Shown: piece after piece, positions 19,825 through 28,759 of the stretch
How positions within the stretch are numbered: position 1 is the first letter of the stretch
Layout: each line of letters starts with the position of its first letter
IMG/VR virus record: IMGVR_UViG_3300032242_003148
Coordinates: 32,001 to 96,000 of that record
Direction: 5' to 3' (one strand)
DNA from: a virus
DNA: 64,000 nucleotides
The notes under the pieces: generated by a model
What the model saw: the letters and a program-made list of their open reading frames with translations, nothing else
Database searches by the model: none
Told to the model about the DNA's origin: nothing
Translations under genes and position numbers: made by a program

Positions 19825-20304
19825 TTATACGGGTTTGTGTGTTTCTTTTAATGCTTGACCAAGTTCTGTGCCTCTTATGGCAAAGAAATCAAGGATATGC
19901 TCCATAATAGTGTTTAATGGAGTGGTGCCTCTCTTTCTAGCCATTTTCTTAATATACTCCTCCTCATGTGGTGGCAGCTTGGAGAGTAACCACACAGAGC
20001 CATTATATAATGGGTGTGAGGCTATCTGTAGCTCCTGAGGAGATTGCGGGGTGTCATTGTACCCCATCGCAGGTTTGCTTCTTATAGCAAGCTTCACGGG
20101 CTTTCTAAACCCTGCCAGCTTGTCTTCCTTCTTAAGTGGAGCCGGCAATGGTGTTTTAACCTTTGGGGGCCTTCCACGTCTTTTAGCCGGAGTTACCTCT
20201 ACAGCTTTAACCTCTTTTCTAGGTCTACCCCTACCTCTTTTAACGGGAGGAGTCTCATTCTTAATTATTTTTTTGTTAACCTTTTTCTTTTTTCTTCTTT
20301 TCAA
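19825..20304 (-). CDS. Basic protein with two AT-hook-like motifs
   Basis: TTG start after an ACACAC leader. Lys-rich N-terminus, KRGRGRPRK and KRRGRPPK. Confidence 0.65.
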   Translation of the reverse strand: MKRRKKKKVNKKIIKNETPPVKRGRGRPRKEVKAVEVTPAKRRGRPPKVKTPLPAPLKKEDKLAGFRKPVKLAIRSKPAMGYNDTPQSPQELQIASHPLYNGSVWLLSKLPPHEEEYIKKMARKRGTTPLNTIMEHILDFFAIRGTELGQALKETHKPV

Positions 20305-20325
20305 TGTGTGTGTTGTTTTGAAGGG

Positions 20326-20517
20326 TTATACCTTTTTAGGTCTTGGTGGTTGTTGCATAGGTTTCTGAACTGGAGGTTCAGGAATATGCGTTAACTCTTT
20401 GCGTTGCTGAGACTTGCTGCTATCTGTATAATACTGACTAAGAATTGGTCTTAATACCGGCTCTACATATCCGCAAAGTCTGTCCCTAACTTTATAATAT
20501 ATTGCTGTTTTGCTCAT
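20326..20517 (-). CDS. Hypothetical protein
   Basis: 63 aa. A TGTATAAT (-10-like) lies just upstream at about 20524-20531. Confidence 0.5.
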   Translation of the reverse strand: MSKTAIYYKVRDRLCGYVEPVLRPILSQYYTDSSKSQQRKELTHIPEPPVQKPMQQPPRPKKV

Positions 20518-20687
20518 TAATTAATTATACACTACTTCTTTCCATAGATTGGATAATATTTTTTATTTCCCTTCACTTTAGGTGTTAGGGTGGATATTAG
20601 CGAATCTAATGATCTGTATGTAAAATCATATAGTGCAACAAAGTTGTTGCCTTGTTGCGGTTTTTTACTTAACTTCTTTCTTGTTCT

Positions 20688-22391
20688 ATGTCCCATTCTG
20701 ATGTCAAAGATACTATAGAAAAACTTTTCCAGGTTGGTACCAAGGATGCTGTTTTTCGTGCTCGACAGCTGATGTTTTCGGTACTTCCGCCCTCTCATTT
20801 TGTCGAGAACTATTTGTTCGATAACGAGGGGAGGCTTCAAGATTTAACTGATTTCCCGATGCTTAAACATGTGTATGACCACATGCCACAGAAACTGCTC
20901 CTTAAGTGTAGTCGTAAGACTTTAAAGAGTACACTTTTGAGTAACTTCGTGTGCTTGAATATGTTGAGATGGAACTACTACAAGATGCTCTATATTGGCC
21001 CTCAGGAATTAACTGTTAAGTATTTCTCTAGTAATTACCTTCCACCCAGATTTGATAGCCCTAAGGTTAAGAATATGTTGGTGAAAGGTTGGGATAAGAA
21101 TGATGTGTTTGAAAAAATTATGGGCGATACCAGAAGCAGTATCTTGTTTCGTTATGTTAAAGATGATGCTACGCGAGTCCGTGGACCTGCGGTTGATTGT
21201 ATTGTTTATGACGAGGTGCAAGACATGATGTATGACCAGATTCCTATTATCCAGGAAACTATGGCATTGAGCCCTTACAAAAGAGAGATCTTTGCAGGTA
21301 CTCCTTTGGATAGCACGAATACTATTCATAGTTTATGGAAAACAACGAATCAGCTTGAGTGGATGATGCGCTGTGGATGTGGTCATTGGAATAGTCTCAC
21401 AGAGGGTAATGACCCAATGAAAATGATTTTGGAGCACGGTTTGAGTTGTTCTAAGTGCTCTAAACGTATTAATGCAAGAGATGGTGAATGGGCGGCAGGA
21501 AATCCTACTAACTTCCTGATGACTGGTTATCATCTAGCCCAGCCTATACTGCCATTCTTTAATGAAACTGAAAAAGAGTGGAAAGAAATTTATGAAAAAT
21601 GTACTAGTGGTAAGTACGATCATAAAAAGATAATGAACGAAGTGTTTGGGCTTACTTTTGATATGGGTACAAAACCCATCACAGAAGAAGAACTTCGTCG
21701 TGTTTGTGTGTTAGGTAAGATGTTGGATAGTAATGGTAAAAAGCTTATTCATGAAAAGAACCGGCCGATGTATAAGATATACACGGTGGGAGTGGATTGG
21801 GGTGTTTCTATGGTTCAAAGCAGAACTATATGCACTGCAGGAGCCATGAGAAACGATGGAGTGTTTGAGATTTTCTATGTAAAGATATTCAATGGATTTG
21901 ATCATGAAGGGCATATTAGAAACATCTCAGAGTTAGCTAATGATTATAATGCCTTTTGTGTGGCTGACTCCGGTCCTGACCCTATCAGAGGAATTAAACT
22001 GTGTGAATTAACAAGCCCTACACGTTCGCAATTAGCAACATATAGGAGAAGTAAAGTTATTCAGTATTTTGATATGGGAGATTACGATTGGAGGCAAAAC
22101 CGTTGGGTGCTACATAGATCTGATGTTATTTCATTGGTTATACGCCAAATAAAGGCAGGTAAAATATTGTTCCCTAATTGGGAAGAGGTGTCCGACTATA
22201 TGCAGGACTTATTGAATGTTTATGTAGAAGTAAAGGATGGTATGTACGGTCAGGAAATGTTCTATAACCACAACCCCAACCAGCCTGATGATGCAATGCA
22301 CAGTCTTGTGTTTGCTGTTTGCGCCGCCTACATGGCCGCTGGAGATATTAGTCTCCAGGGCGCAAGTAGTAGTGCAAGAGATGTTATTTAA
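20688..22391 (+). CDS. terL: Terminase large subunit (GpA-like, with Zn finger)
   Basis: Walker A-like KCSRKTLKST, Walker B YDEVQD, AGTP, CGCGH..CSKC, NEVFGL, RNase H-like GVDWG, PDDAMHS. Confidence 0.85.
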   Translation: MSHSDVKDTIEKLFQVGTKDAVFRARQLMFSVLPPSHFVENYLFDNEGRLQDLTDFPMLKHVYDHMPQKLLLKCSRKTLKSTLLSNFVCLNMLRWNYYKMLYIGPQELTVKYFSSNYLPPRFDSPKVKNMLVKGWDKNDVFEKIMGDTRSSILFRYVKDDATRVRGPAVDCIVYDEVQDMMYDQIPIIQETMALSPYKREIFAGTPLDSTNTIHSLWKTTNQLEWMMRCGCGHWNSLTEGNDPMKMILEHGLSCSKCSKRINARDGEWAAGNPTNFLMTGYHLAQPILPFFNETEKEWKEIYEKCTSGKYDHKKIMNEVFGLTFDMGTKPITEEELRRVCVLGKMLDSNGKKLIHEKNRPMYKIYTVGVDWGVSMVQSRTICTAGAMRNDGVFEIFYVKIFNGFDHEGHIRNISELANDYNAFCVADSGPDPIRGIKLCELTSPTRSQLATYRRSKVIQYFDMGDYDWRQNRWVLHRSDVISLVIRQIKAGKILFPNWEEVSDYMQDLLNVYVEVKDGMYGQEMFYNHNPNQPDDAMHSLVFAVCAAYMAAGDISLQGASSSARDVI

Positions 22392-23509
22392 GCTTTACCA
22401 AAGCCAATAACTCTATCTTCTTCTTTATCTTCTTTGTGACGATTATCTTCGTCTAAATAATAGATATCAGCAATAGACATACTCTCTGTTGCGGTATGTT
22501 GTATACCTAGAGAGTCTATTAATTTCTGACTATCTTCTACCGATAATTTCTTGAACTCATGACTGACTTTCAACCTGCCTTTTCTTAACAAGGCCTTATC
22601 AAGATTTTCCTTTTTGGTATTGAATGTAGCAATAATACTTACATTCAAGGTACTGCTTATAAAGCTATCCGTAAGATTAAGTATGGTTGATACCAGTGAT
22701 GAGTTTCCTCTATCTTCTTCCCGGGATAATAGTGCCTTTTCTGCGTCTTCTATAACAAGAATCATGTTCCTATTACTCATGAGCAGTGGCAGGAAGTTTG
22801 GCGATGTCAGGCTATCAATAAGGCTAATAGGGATATAAACAATCTTTCTATTTTTTACTGTTGATAGCAGATGTTTGATATACGAGGATTTACCTGTGCC
22901 TGGATCCCCATAAAACAGGTATAAACCAGAGGATTTATTCTTTAATGAGTCTATAACACTATCATGTACTTCTTTAAACTCAGTACCGTAATTCAAATCA
23001 AGGTTAGTGTCTAATACAGGCACATCTAGTGGCTGTAAATCTGTATCCCCATGTTGGCTTACTAATAGGTATATCTTTGCTTCTGCTTCATGTTTGAACT
23101 TAGACAACTCCTCACCTAACTTTTTTAGTTTTTCAGGGGAGCCACCACAAGCCTGAACAGCGCAGGTTTTTACTTGTTTAGGTTTATTAAGATTATAACT
23201 TTCTTCGCTAATGTACGGCAGATATTCTCTTGATCTTCCGTAATCGCTAACCTCAAGAATAATATCCAGATATTCTCCTTTACCTAGCCAGAATCCTGAT
23301 TCTGATAGTTTTCCCCCTTTAAACGCAAATTCTGAATTTAATGGATCAAAATTATCAGATATAAACTGGCTAGTCTTTTCTAAATCAAGCGGATCTCCAA
23401 CGTATACCTTAGATGGTAATGTTCCGTTTTCTTTATTATATAAGTATTCTACTCTAGTGTCACCTAATCCAGACGGACGGTCGAATAGGTCTGTGTGTGC
23501 TTTTTTCAT
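22388..23509 (-). CDS. AAA+ ATPase
   Basis: YGDPGTGKSS, VIEDAE, ILNLTD, ATFN, DKALLRKGRL. Confidence 0.85.
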   Translation of the reverse strand: MKKAHTDLFDRPSGLGDTRVEYLYNKENGTLPSKVYVGDPLDLEKTSQFISDNFDPLNSEFAFKGGKLSESGFWLGKGEYLDIILEVSDYGRSREYLPYISEESYNLNKPKQVKTCAVQACGGSPEKLKKLGEELSKFKHEAEAKIYLLVSQHGDTDLQPLDVPVLDTNLDLNYGTEFKEVHDSVIDSLKNKSSGLYLFYGDPGTGKSSYIKHLLSTVKNRKIVYIPISLIDSLTSPNFLPLLMSNRNMILVIEDAEKALLSREEDRGNSSLVSTILNLTDSFISSTLNVSIIATFNTKKENLDKALLRKGRLKVSHEFKKLSVEDSQKLIDSLGIQHTATESMSIADIYYLDEDNRHKEDKEEDRVIGFGKA

Positions 23510-23511
23510 CT

Positions 23512-24066
23512 TTATTTAATGTCTGTCATATATTTCGTCACATTATCAATTTTCATATTAAATATTTCTTCTAGTGCCAGATTTTTTTCTTTGTCATCTC
23601 CGTCGGTTGGGGAACCTTCTGGCATGATAGCATTAGGAAAGATATCAGGAGCTTTGCAAAAACCGTATTCATGAAATACCCAGCCAGCATAAGCTTTAAC
23701 AGAGTCACTATATTCTAGCTGTTCCATTTTAAGCAATAGTGCTTCTGTAATTCCAATAACGGTCTCCTCTGCTTCTGAGGGCTCGAAGTCTTCAAAATCT
23801 TGATGATTATGATTTGTTAAACTGTTGAGTACTTCGAATGTTCGTACATCCGTCTCATACATATCTGTGGTTAACATAACAATCACAGCCTGAATCTTAT
23901 CGGACTGCAGATCAGTTATTTTTATGTCATACTTAGTCTCTAGCTCGTTTCTGAGAAGTTGAGGTTCCCATGTAAAAGAGTCCACGCCAAATTCCTCCTG
24001 TATAACGTAGGCCAAAGCCATTAGCGGAGCAGTTTGATCTTTTAATATTTCCTTAGAGGATTTCAT
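23512..24066 (-). CDS. Hypothetical acidic protein
   Basis: 184 aa ORF. Confidence 0.7.
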   Translation of the reverse strand: MKSSKEILKDQTAPLMALAYVIQEEFGVDSFTWEPQLLRNELETKYDIKITDLQSDKIQAVIVMLTTDMYETDVRTFEVLNSLTNHNHQDFEDFEPSEAEETVIGITEALLLKMEQLEYSDSVKAYAGWVFHEYGFCKAPDIFPNAIMPEGSPTDGDDKEKNLALEEIFNMKIDNVTKYMTDIK

Positions 24067-24083
24067 TTAGGTTTTATTAGATT

Positions 24084-24155
24084 TGGCAGAGGCAGGAGTT
24101 GAACCTGCTGTCTCAACGTTATGAGCGTTGCGAGATACCGTTTCTCTACTCTGCG
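24084..24155 (-). tRNA. tRNA-Met(CAT), initiator-like
   Basis: CGCAGAG TA GAGA AACGGTA TCTC G CAACG CTCATAA CGTTG ... GCAGG TTCAACT CCTGC CTCTGCC A. C1:C72 mismatch, no encoded CCA. Confidence 0.9.
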
Positions 24156-24211
24156 TTAAATCTTAATTCTTGTTAAGATATCAATGTTTCATATCTTTTG
24201 CAAGTTGTAGA

Positions 24212-24664
24212 TTAGGCCTGGTTCAAGATAAAGTAATCTTTACCCTGATCGTATACTGCTTTAATTGCTGCTGCTGCCCATACCACGTGCTCTACAGGGG
24301 TGTGCGCATAGTCGTAGAACTGTACCCTGTTGGTTGTCCATGGTGTTTCCGCAGCATCTCTGGTTGAGAAATAAATACGTGCAGAAGTTCTAGCCCACAG
24401 ATCAAACTCAGAGGGTTCGTAATTTTCTTGGGTATTCACATATGGCTTATCTAATAGAGTATGAACCTCGCAATAAGCCTTAAAGAAGGTTTTGTGCCAT
24501 AACTGAGGATCAGCGTGCACCATAGTGTTGTAACCCTCCATTCTGCATTGATGTAGAACATCTGCAAGATCTGGTCCGTTTTTCCAACTCCATTTGTATA
24601 CGTCTGCTCCCCATCTACGAACATGTCCGCAGTCATTCCAAAGTACTTTAATTCTAGCTTCCAT
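24212..24664 (-). CDS. Hypothetical protein
   Basis: Start re-assigned to the ATG at 24664, preceded by AAACACACAACAA. Confidence 0.65.
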   Translation of the reverse strand: MEARIKVLWNDCGHVRRWGADVYKWSWKNGPDLADVLHQCRMEGYNTMVHADPQLWHKTFFKAYCEVHTLLDKPYVNTQENYEPSEFDLWARTSARIYFSTRDAAETPWTTNRVQFYDYAHTPVEHVVWAAAAIKAVYDQGKDYFILNQA

Positions 24665-24675
24665 TTGTTGTGTGT

Positions 24676-24867
24676 TTATATTTCCCAGAAACCCCACTCT
24701 ACTTGAGGGAGTGTGTTTTCTGGTTTGAATGTAGGTATTTGTGATCCGTCCGAGTACTTACCTACACGTAGTATTTCGGCGGCTTTGTCTTTCGCATCCC
24801 AGGGGGCATCAGCCTCCACGGATATAATAGTAGTATATATTCTCTTAACCTTTACCTCATACTTCAT
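24676..24867 (-). CDS. DpnD/PcfM-like small protein
   Basis: MKYEVKVKRIYTTIISVEADAPWDAKDKA pattern. Confidence 0.5.
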   Translation of the reverse strand: MKYEVKVKRIYTTIISVEADAPWDAKDKAAEILRVGKYSDGSQIPTFKPENTLPQVEWGFWEI

Positions 24868-24880
24868 ATTGTGTGTACAA

Positions 24881-24930
24881 TAAAAAACCTCCCTGGTGCG
24901 CTTCAGTGAGAGGCGTGGGAGGTATTATTT
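24881..24930 (-). terminator. Intrinsic terminator-like hairpin
   Basis: aaaaaacctccc...gggaggt with A/T tracts on both sides. Confidence 0.55.
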
Positions 24931-24945
24931 TATTTTTTTACTTTT

Positions 24946-25998
24946 TTATACTGGGCGGATACCCGAGATCTCTTCGAACAGCTTGATGTCTGAACGTGGC
25001 ATTGTAGGGAATACTTCTGCAAGCTTTGTGGAATCTGCTGGATCCAGGTCGAATCCAAAAGCTTCCTCATACTTGTCCTTACCTACCTTTTGAAGGTCAT
25101 CAATGAGATACTTGTCGCCGTGAGCCTCAACAAAGTTAAGATCACTTGCAACTTTCTCTATGCTCTTCGTGAAGATCATGTCAACAGGGTCACGAAGAAC
25201 CTGTGCGACTTTAACATTATCATATAGACCTTCCATATTCTCAATATGGGCTAGGGTCTCTGCGAGTTTCATAACCTCTTCTGATGAGCTTATGTTTTCG
25301 ATATCTGCAGAGATTTTCTCATACATCTCTTTATGTTCTGCTTGCTTGAGCTTTGTGCTTCTTCTCCAGACTTCTGTTTTTAAACCAGCAAAGTCAGGAT
25401 AGAAATAACCGGCATACTTAAGGAGCAGATCAGGAACCTCGTCCACGCCTAGCTCACCGGCGACCTTAACGGAATTCTCTGCTAGCTTGGTTCTCCACTC
25501 AAATGGATAGTTATGGATGTTGTTTACAATGTGGTCCATATTCTCCCTGAGGTCAGCTGCAGTTTTAACAGGATAAAGATCCATAGCACCCAAACCGGCA
25601 AGTTCAAAGTTACCTAAGTGTGTTTCTGGATAATCTGAGCTAGCCTGTTTTGTGAACTCATTAGAGTAACTATTGATATCTTCCTCAATTTGGAATATCT
25701 CAGCGGCCTCTTTAATCTTGTTTTCTAGTTGACGAACATACCCATCACCGTATAGCTTTTCTATATCAGCTTTCTTGCTGATGAAATAAGCATTACTCAC
25801 ATATGTACGGGCAGCACTATTCAGGGGATAAATCCTACGATCTTCATCCGCAAACGCCTCTTTGGGTAGGCCTTGGAGGGTATCATAGTCATCCACAGAA
25901 GCGGTCTTCACATATTCAGGAAGTGCTGCAACGCGGAGTAATTGATAAAGCTCCTTATTGGAGTAGTCGGTGGATTGGTCAAAATTTAATGAACTCAT
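24946..25998 (-). CDS. Putative virion (head-associated) protein rich in K-x-A motifs
   Basis: 350 aa with about a dozen KxA motifs (KTAS, KQAS, KTAA, KLAE, KVAG, KVAS...). The function is inference. Confidence 0.5.
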   Translation of the reverse strand: MSSLNFDQSTDYSNKELYQLLRVAALPEYVKTASVDDYDTLQGLPKEAFADEDRRIYPLNSAARTYVSNAYFISKKADIEKLYGDGYVRQLENKIKEAAEIFQIEEDINSYSNEFTKQASSDYPETHLGNFELAGLGAMDLYPVKTAADLRENMDHIVNNIHNYPFEWRTKLAENSVKVAGELGVDEVPDLLLKYAGYFYPDFAGLKTEVWRRSTKLKQAEHKEMYEKISADIENISSSEEVMKLAETLAHIENMEGLYDNVKVAQVLRDPVDMIFTKSIEKVASDLNFVEAHGDKYLIDDLQKVGKDKYEEAFGFDLDPADSTKLAEVFPTMPRSDIKLFEEISGIRPV

Positions 25999-26023
25999 AA
26001 TTTTATATTTACCTTATTTTAGC

Positions 26024-27307
26024 ATGAATATCAACGACTTTAATAGCAAAATTAATCTGCCTCGTTTAGTATCCAAACTGGGGTTGAAAGTGGATGATTT
26101 CGATTTTGTAAGAATACCAGTCTTTGGCTGGTTTGCAAGGTCTAAAACCTCTAACTTTGTTGGTACAGTATTTGACTTTTTTGAGGGTAAGGACTGGCCT
26201 ACCCTATATACCACAGTATTAGATAACTTTGATGACTGCTTGGATTTTAAACTTCCTAGGTCTGAATATGCGGAAAGGAAGCTATGGAATAACTATTATC
26301 TACACGCCCAGTATCAAGGGGCATGGCAACTCTCTAAAGAGGAAGCCAAGAACCATAGAGCAAGGCACGGAGATAAGGTTATGTATTTTAAAGATATATT
26401 AACTGTAGGAGGTATGCCTGGGTTCTTAGAGAACGAAGTAGGATACCTCACAGAAAATGTGGTTAAGGCCTTTCCTAAATTGAATCTGGGCCCTAAGCAG
26501 AAGTATAAGAAGGTTTTGCTCATACCTTCATTTGTATCTCCTAAACATATTTGTTCTCTAGAGCTGGCTAAGTTTCAAACACCAGCCGAAAGAGAAAAAC
26601 TATATATGAATGCCGAAATGGGTTGGTATGGTAAAATTGGCTCTGAGGTTCTAGGAGATTTCAATGAGCTAAAAATCAGATCCGGTTTTACCTGGAACTA
26701 CAAGGCTGATTGGTGGACGAACCAACCTATCAAATTATCTGATAGTATTGATACGTCCAGCCTAATCAAAATATGGAGTGAGGCAAAAAGGTCAGAATTT
26801 AAAACAAACCCTATGGATTTACTCATAGGCAAAGAGGGAACCACTAATCTTCATCACTATGTGGCAAACCTATCCTATGAGCAGGTAAAAGAGCTTGGAG
26901 AGCGCTCTGGAGAGGATTTGATGCGCTCCTGGAGAGAATCCAGAGAGCAGCAATTCACTGTGCAGGGTAAAACATTCGTAAGAAGAGGAACCTCATACTT
27001 TCTTGTTAAAGAACGTGAGGAAGAACAACTTACAAATTTTGCACTAGAAATTAACGAAATCCGTAAAAAGACAGAAGATAATGAAGAAGCGTTCTACTGG
27101 AGTGGTATGATTCATCATGGAAATAGCGTTGTGCCTTTCCAGATGAGCGATAAGTTCTTCAATAGCTCACATCTGTTCTCTAAAGGAATTAGAAAGCAGT
27201 TTATGACCTTAGGTATGGGTATACCGTTCATTAACGAAAGATATGTCCGACAGGTGTTAAATATGATTCAACTTACATCATACAAGGTACCTATTATAGC
27301 AGAATAG
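26024..27307 (+). CDS. Hypothetical protein (plus strand)
   Basis: Long ORF. The ATG at 26024 avoids overlap with the divergent gene. Confidence 0.75.
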   Translation: MNINDFNSKINLPRLVSKLGLKVDDFDFVRIPVFGWFARSKTSNFVGTVFDFFEGKDWPTLYTTVLDNFDDCLDFKLPRSEYAERKLWNNYYLHAQYQGAWQLSKEEAKNHRARHGDKVMYFKDILTVGGMPGFLENEVGYLTENVVKAFPKLNLGPKQKYKKVLLIPSFVSPKHICSLELAKFQTPAEREKLYMNAEMGWYGKIGSEVLGDFNELKIRSGFTWNYKADWWTNQPIKLSDSIDTSSLIKIWSEAKRSEFKTNPMDLLIGKEGTTNLHHYVANLSYEQVKELGERSGEDLMRSWRESREQQFTVQGKTFVRRGTSYFLVKEREEEQLTNFALEINEIRKKTEDNEEAFYWSGMIHHGNSVVPFQMSDKFFNSSHLFSKGIRKQFMTLGMGIPFINERYVRQVLNMIQLTSYKVPIIAE

Positions 27308-27350
27308 GCTGACCTCCCCCTAATTTGCGGGGTTTAAGGGGAGGTTGCCT
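27306..27350. terminator. Hairpin between convergent genes
   Basis: aggctgacctcccc...ggggaggttgcct inverted repeat. Confidence 0.5.
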
Positions 27351-27432
27351 GATCCACACCATCCAGCATTAGTGCTATCGTTTTTTTAAACCTTCACACT
27401 ATGGATGCAGGGACAGAGTCAATAGCTGTATG

Positions 27433-27807
27433 TTACCACCAGCTAGAATAATATACTAGTCTTCCTTGACGGATTTCATCTCTGGATTTACGAATAAACT
27501 CCATGTCATCCTCTAATGAATCTTCATCAGGAGGGTTATTTCCAAAGAAGAATCCTGTGGTAGGAGGTAATCCTTCCATCTTAAGGTCTTTTTCTAACCT
27601 ATCCAGATCTTCCATATCTAGATTTACATATTCACAGTTGAACTCTTTGGTTCCGCCTTTCTCTAAATATAGCTTGTGCATCCAACCATGAAGGTCATGA
27701 TGCTTTCTCCAATAGTGTATTTCACTACTATCGTTATTTGGTTTAACTTTTACAGGGCCAAGGGTATCCACGACCTTGTAGCTTCTTGCATACATGTCTA
27801 ATCCCAT
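27433..27807 (-). CDS. Conserved phage hypothetical protein
   Basis: MGLDMY...YWRKHHDLHGWM...FNC...GFFFG...YSSWW family pattern. Confidence 0.75.
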   Translation of the reverse strand: MGLDMYARSYKVVDTLGPVKVKPNNDSSEIHYWRKHHDLHGWMHKLYLEKGGTKEFNCEYVNLDMEDLDRLEKDLKMEGLPPTTGFFFGNNPPDEDSLEDDMEFIRKSRDEIRQGRLVYYSSWW

Positions 27808-27814
27808 ATGTGTG

Positions 27815-28006
27815 TTATGATTTGGTGTTTGGTTTGGTTTTTACTGCGGCAATATATACTGCCCCTAGTAATGTTTCTTCTGATTCCTTAGCACCGAGTC
27901 TAATCGCTGCCTTGGCATCTTTAATGAGGTTATGTGTGTAGTTTTTGGACAATACTATATTGCCAACTATCAACTGCTCTAATCTATTCAGGTACTTTAC
28001 TTTCAT
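27815..28006 (-). CDS. Hypothetical protein
   Basis: 63 aa ORF. Confidence 0.55.
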   Translation of the reverse strand: MKVKYLNRLEQLIVGNIVLSKNYTHNLIKDAKAAIRLGAKESEETLLGAVYIAAVKTKPNTKS

Positions 28007-28199
28007 CTTTAACGGTCTTTTTGGGTTTGTAGTACATTCCCATATATCCAGCTATTAACTTTTCTTTGTCGAATGTGAGGTCTGGAAATAGCTCCAGGTC
28101 CTCAGCAGCTTTCTTTTTACAATACTTCAAGCATTCCACTTCTGTCATTTTTTCAGTAGCCTTGTAATGGTCTATTTTATTTTCTTTTGTTTTAGTCAT
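27984..28199 (-). CDS. Hypothetical protein
   Basis: Start re-assigned to the ATG at 28199 (AACAAACAATATG leader). The upstream extension runs into a structured RNA. Confidence 0.55.
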   Translation of the reverse strand: MTKTKENKIDHYKATEKMTEVECLKYCKKKAAEDLELFPDLTFDKEKLIAGYMGMYYKPKKTVKDESKVPE

Positions 28200-28221
28200 A
28201 TTGTTTGTTAATAAAAATATA

Positions 28222-28353
28222 CTCATCTGTAGTGTGTTCGAATCCTGTGCTGTCGAATTCCTCCCAATGTCTGGTTCTAAGTCTACTGTAGCAGACCCCA
28301 CTCTGGGTTTTCCGTAAAGGGACGTAGATACACACAAGCACCCTACAGATGAG
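28222..28353 (-). ncRNA. Unknown structured RNA module with an 11-bp closing helix
   Basis: ctcatctgtag (28222-28232) / ctacagatgag (28343-28353) perfect inverted repeat enclosing internal hairpins. Confidence 0.55.
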
Positions 28354-28426
28354 CAAATTGAACGGGGCGCGACTATAGGGCCATCGTCGTTTAATACAAC
28401 CCGACCGCAAAAGGTTGTACCCGCTA

Positions 28427-28505
28427 GCCAAACTAGGGTAAGCCTTTGTCGTTTACCTAGGAACTTACAGGACGGGGCATGGAGCCCCTTTTCCCCTAGT
28501 TTAGC
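28427..28505 (-). ncRNA. Unknown structured RNA module starting 4 nt after the tRNA-Tyr CCA
   Basis: Minus strand GCTAAACTAGGG...CCCTAGTTTGGC (12 bp, one G-U) enclosing GGGGC-TCCAT-GCCCC. Confidence 0.55.
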
Positions 28506-28509
28506 AAAT

Positions 28510-28594
28510 TGGTGGGTAGAGAAGGACTCGAACCTTCGAACTCCAAGGAGAGGAGATTTACAGTCTCCGGCAATTGCCGCTATGCGATCTACCC
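28510..28594 (-). tRNA. tRNA-Tyr(GTA)
   Basis: GGGTAGA...GGAGA CTGTAAA TCTCC, long variable arm, GAAGG TTCGAGT CCTTC, TCTACCC ACCA. Confidence 0.95.
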
Positions 28595-28604
28595 ATTAAA
28601 ATTG

Positions 28605-28677
<73 letters not shown>

Positions 28678-28678
28678 G

Positions 28679-28753
28679 TGGTGCACGATGAGGGGATCGA
28701 ACCCCCGACCTTGCCCGTGTAAAGGGCCTGCTCTACCGCTAAGCTAATCGTGC
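28679..28753 (-). tRNA. tRNA-Val(TAC)
   Basis: GCACGAT...GCCC TTTACAC GGGC...GGGGG TTCGATC CCCTC ATCGTGC ACCA. Confidence 0.93.
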
Positions 28754-28759
28754 ATTAAT

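Noticed and set aside
20532-20840. 102-aa minus-strand ORF overlapping the terminase 5' end
   Set aside because: It overlaps TerL head-to-head and has low-complexity AT-rich composition, so it is unsupported. It could not be validated as TerS.
3159-22391. Inteins or introns in polymerase, helicases or terminase
   Set aside because: Protein lengths are normal, and no intein C/HN termini or frame breaks were seen.
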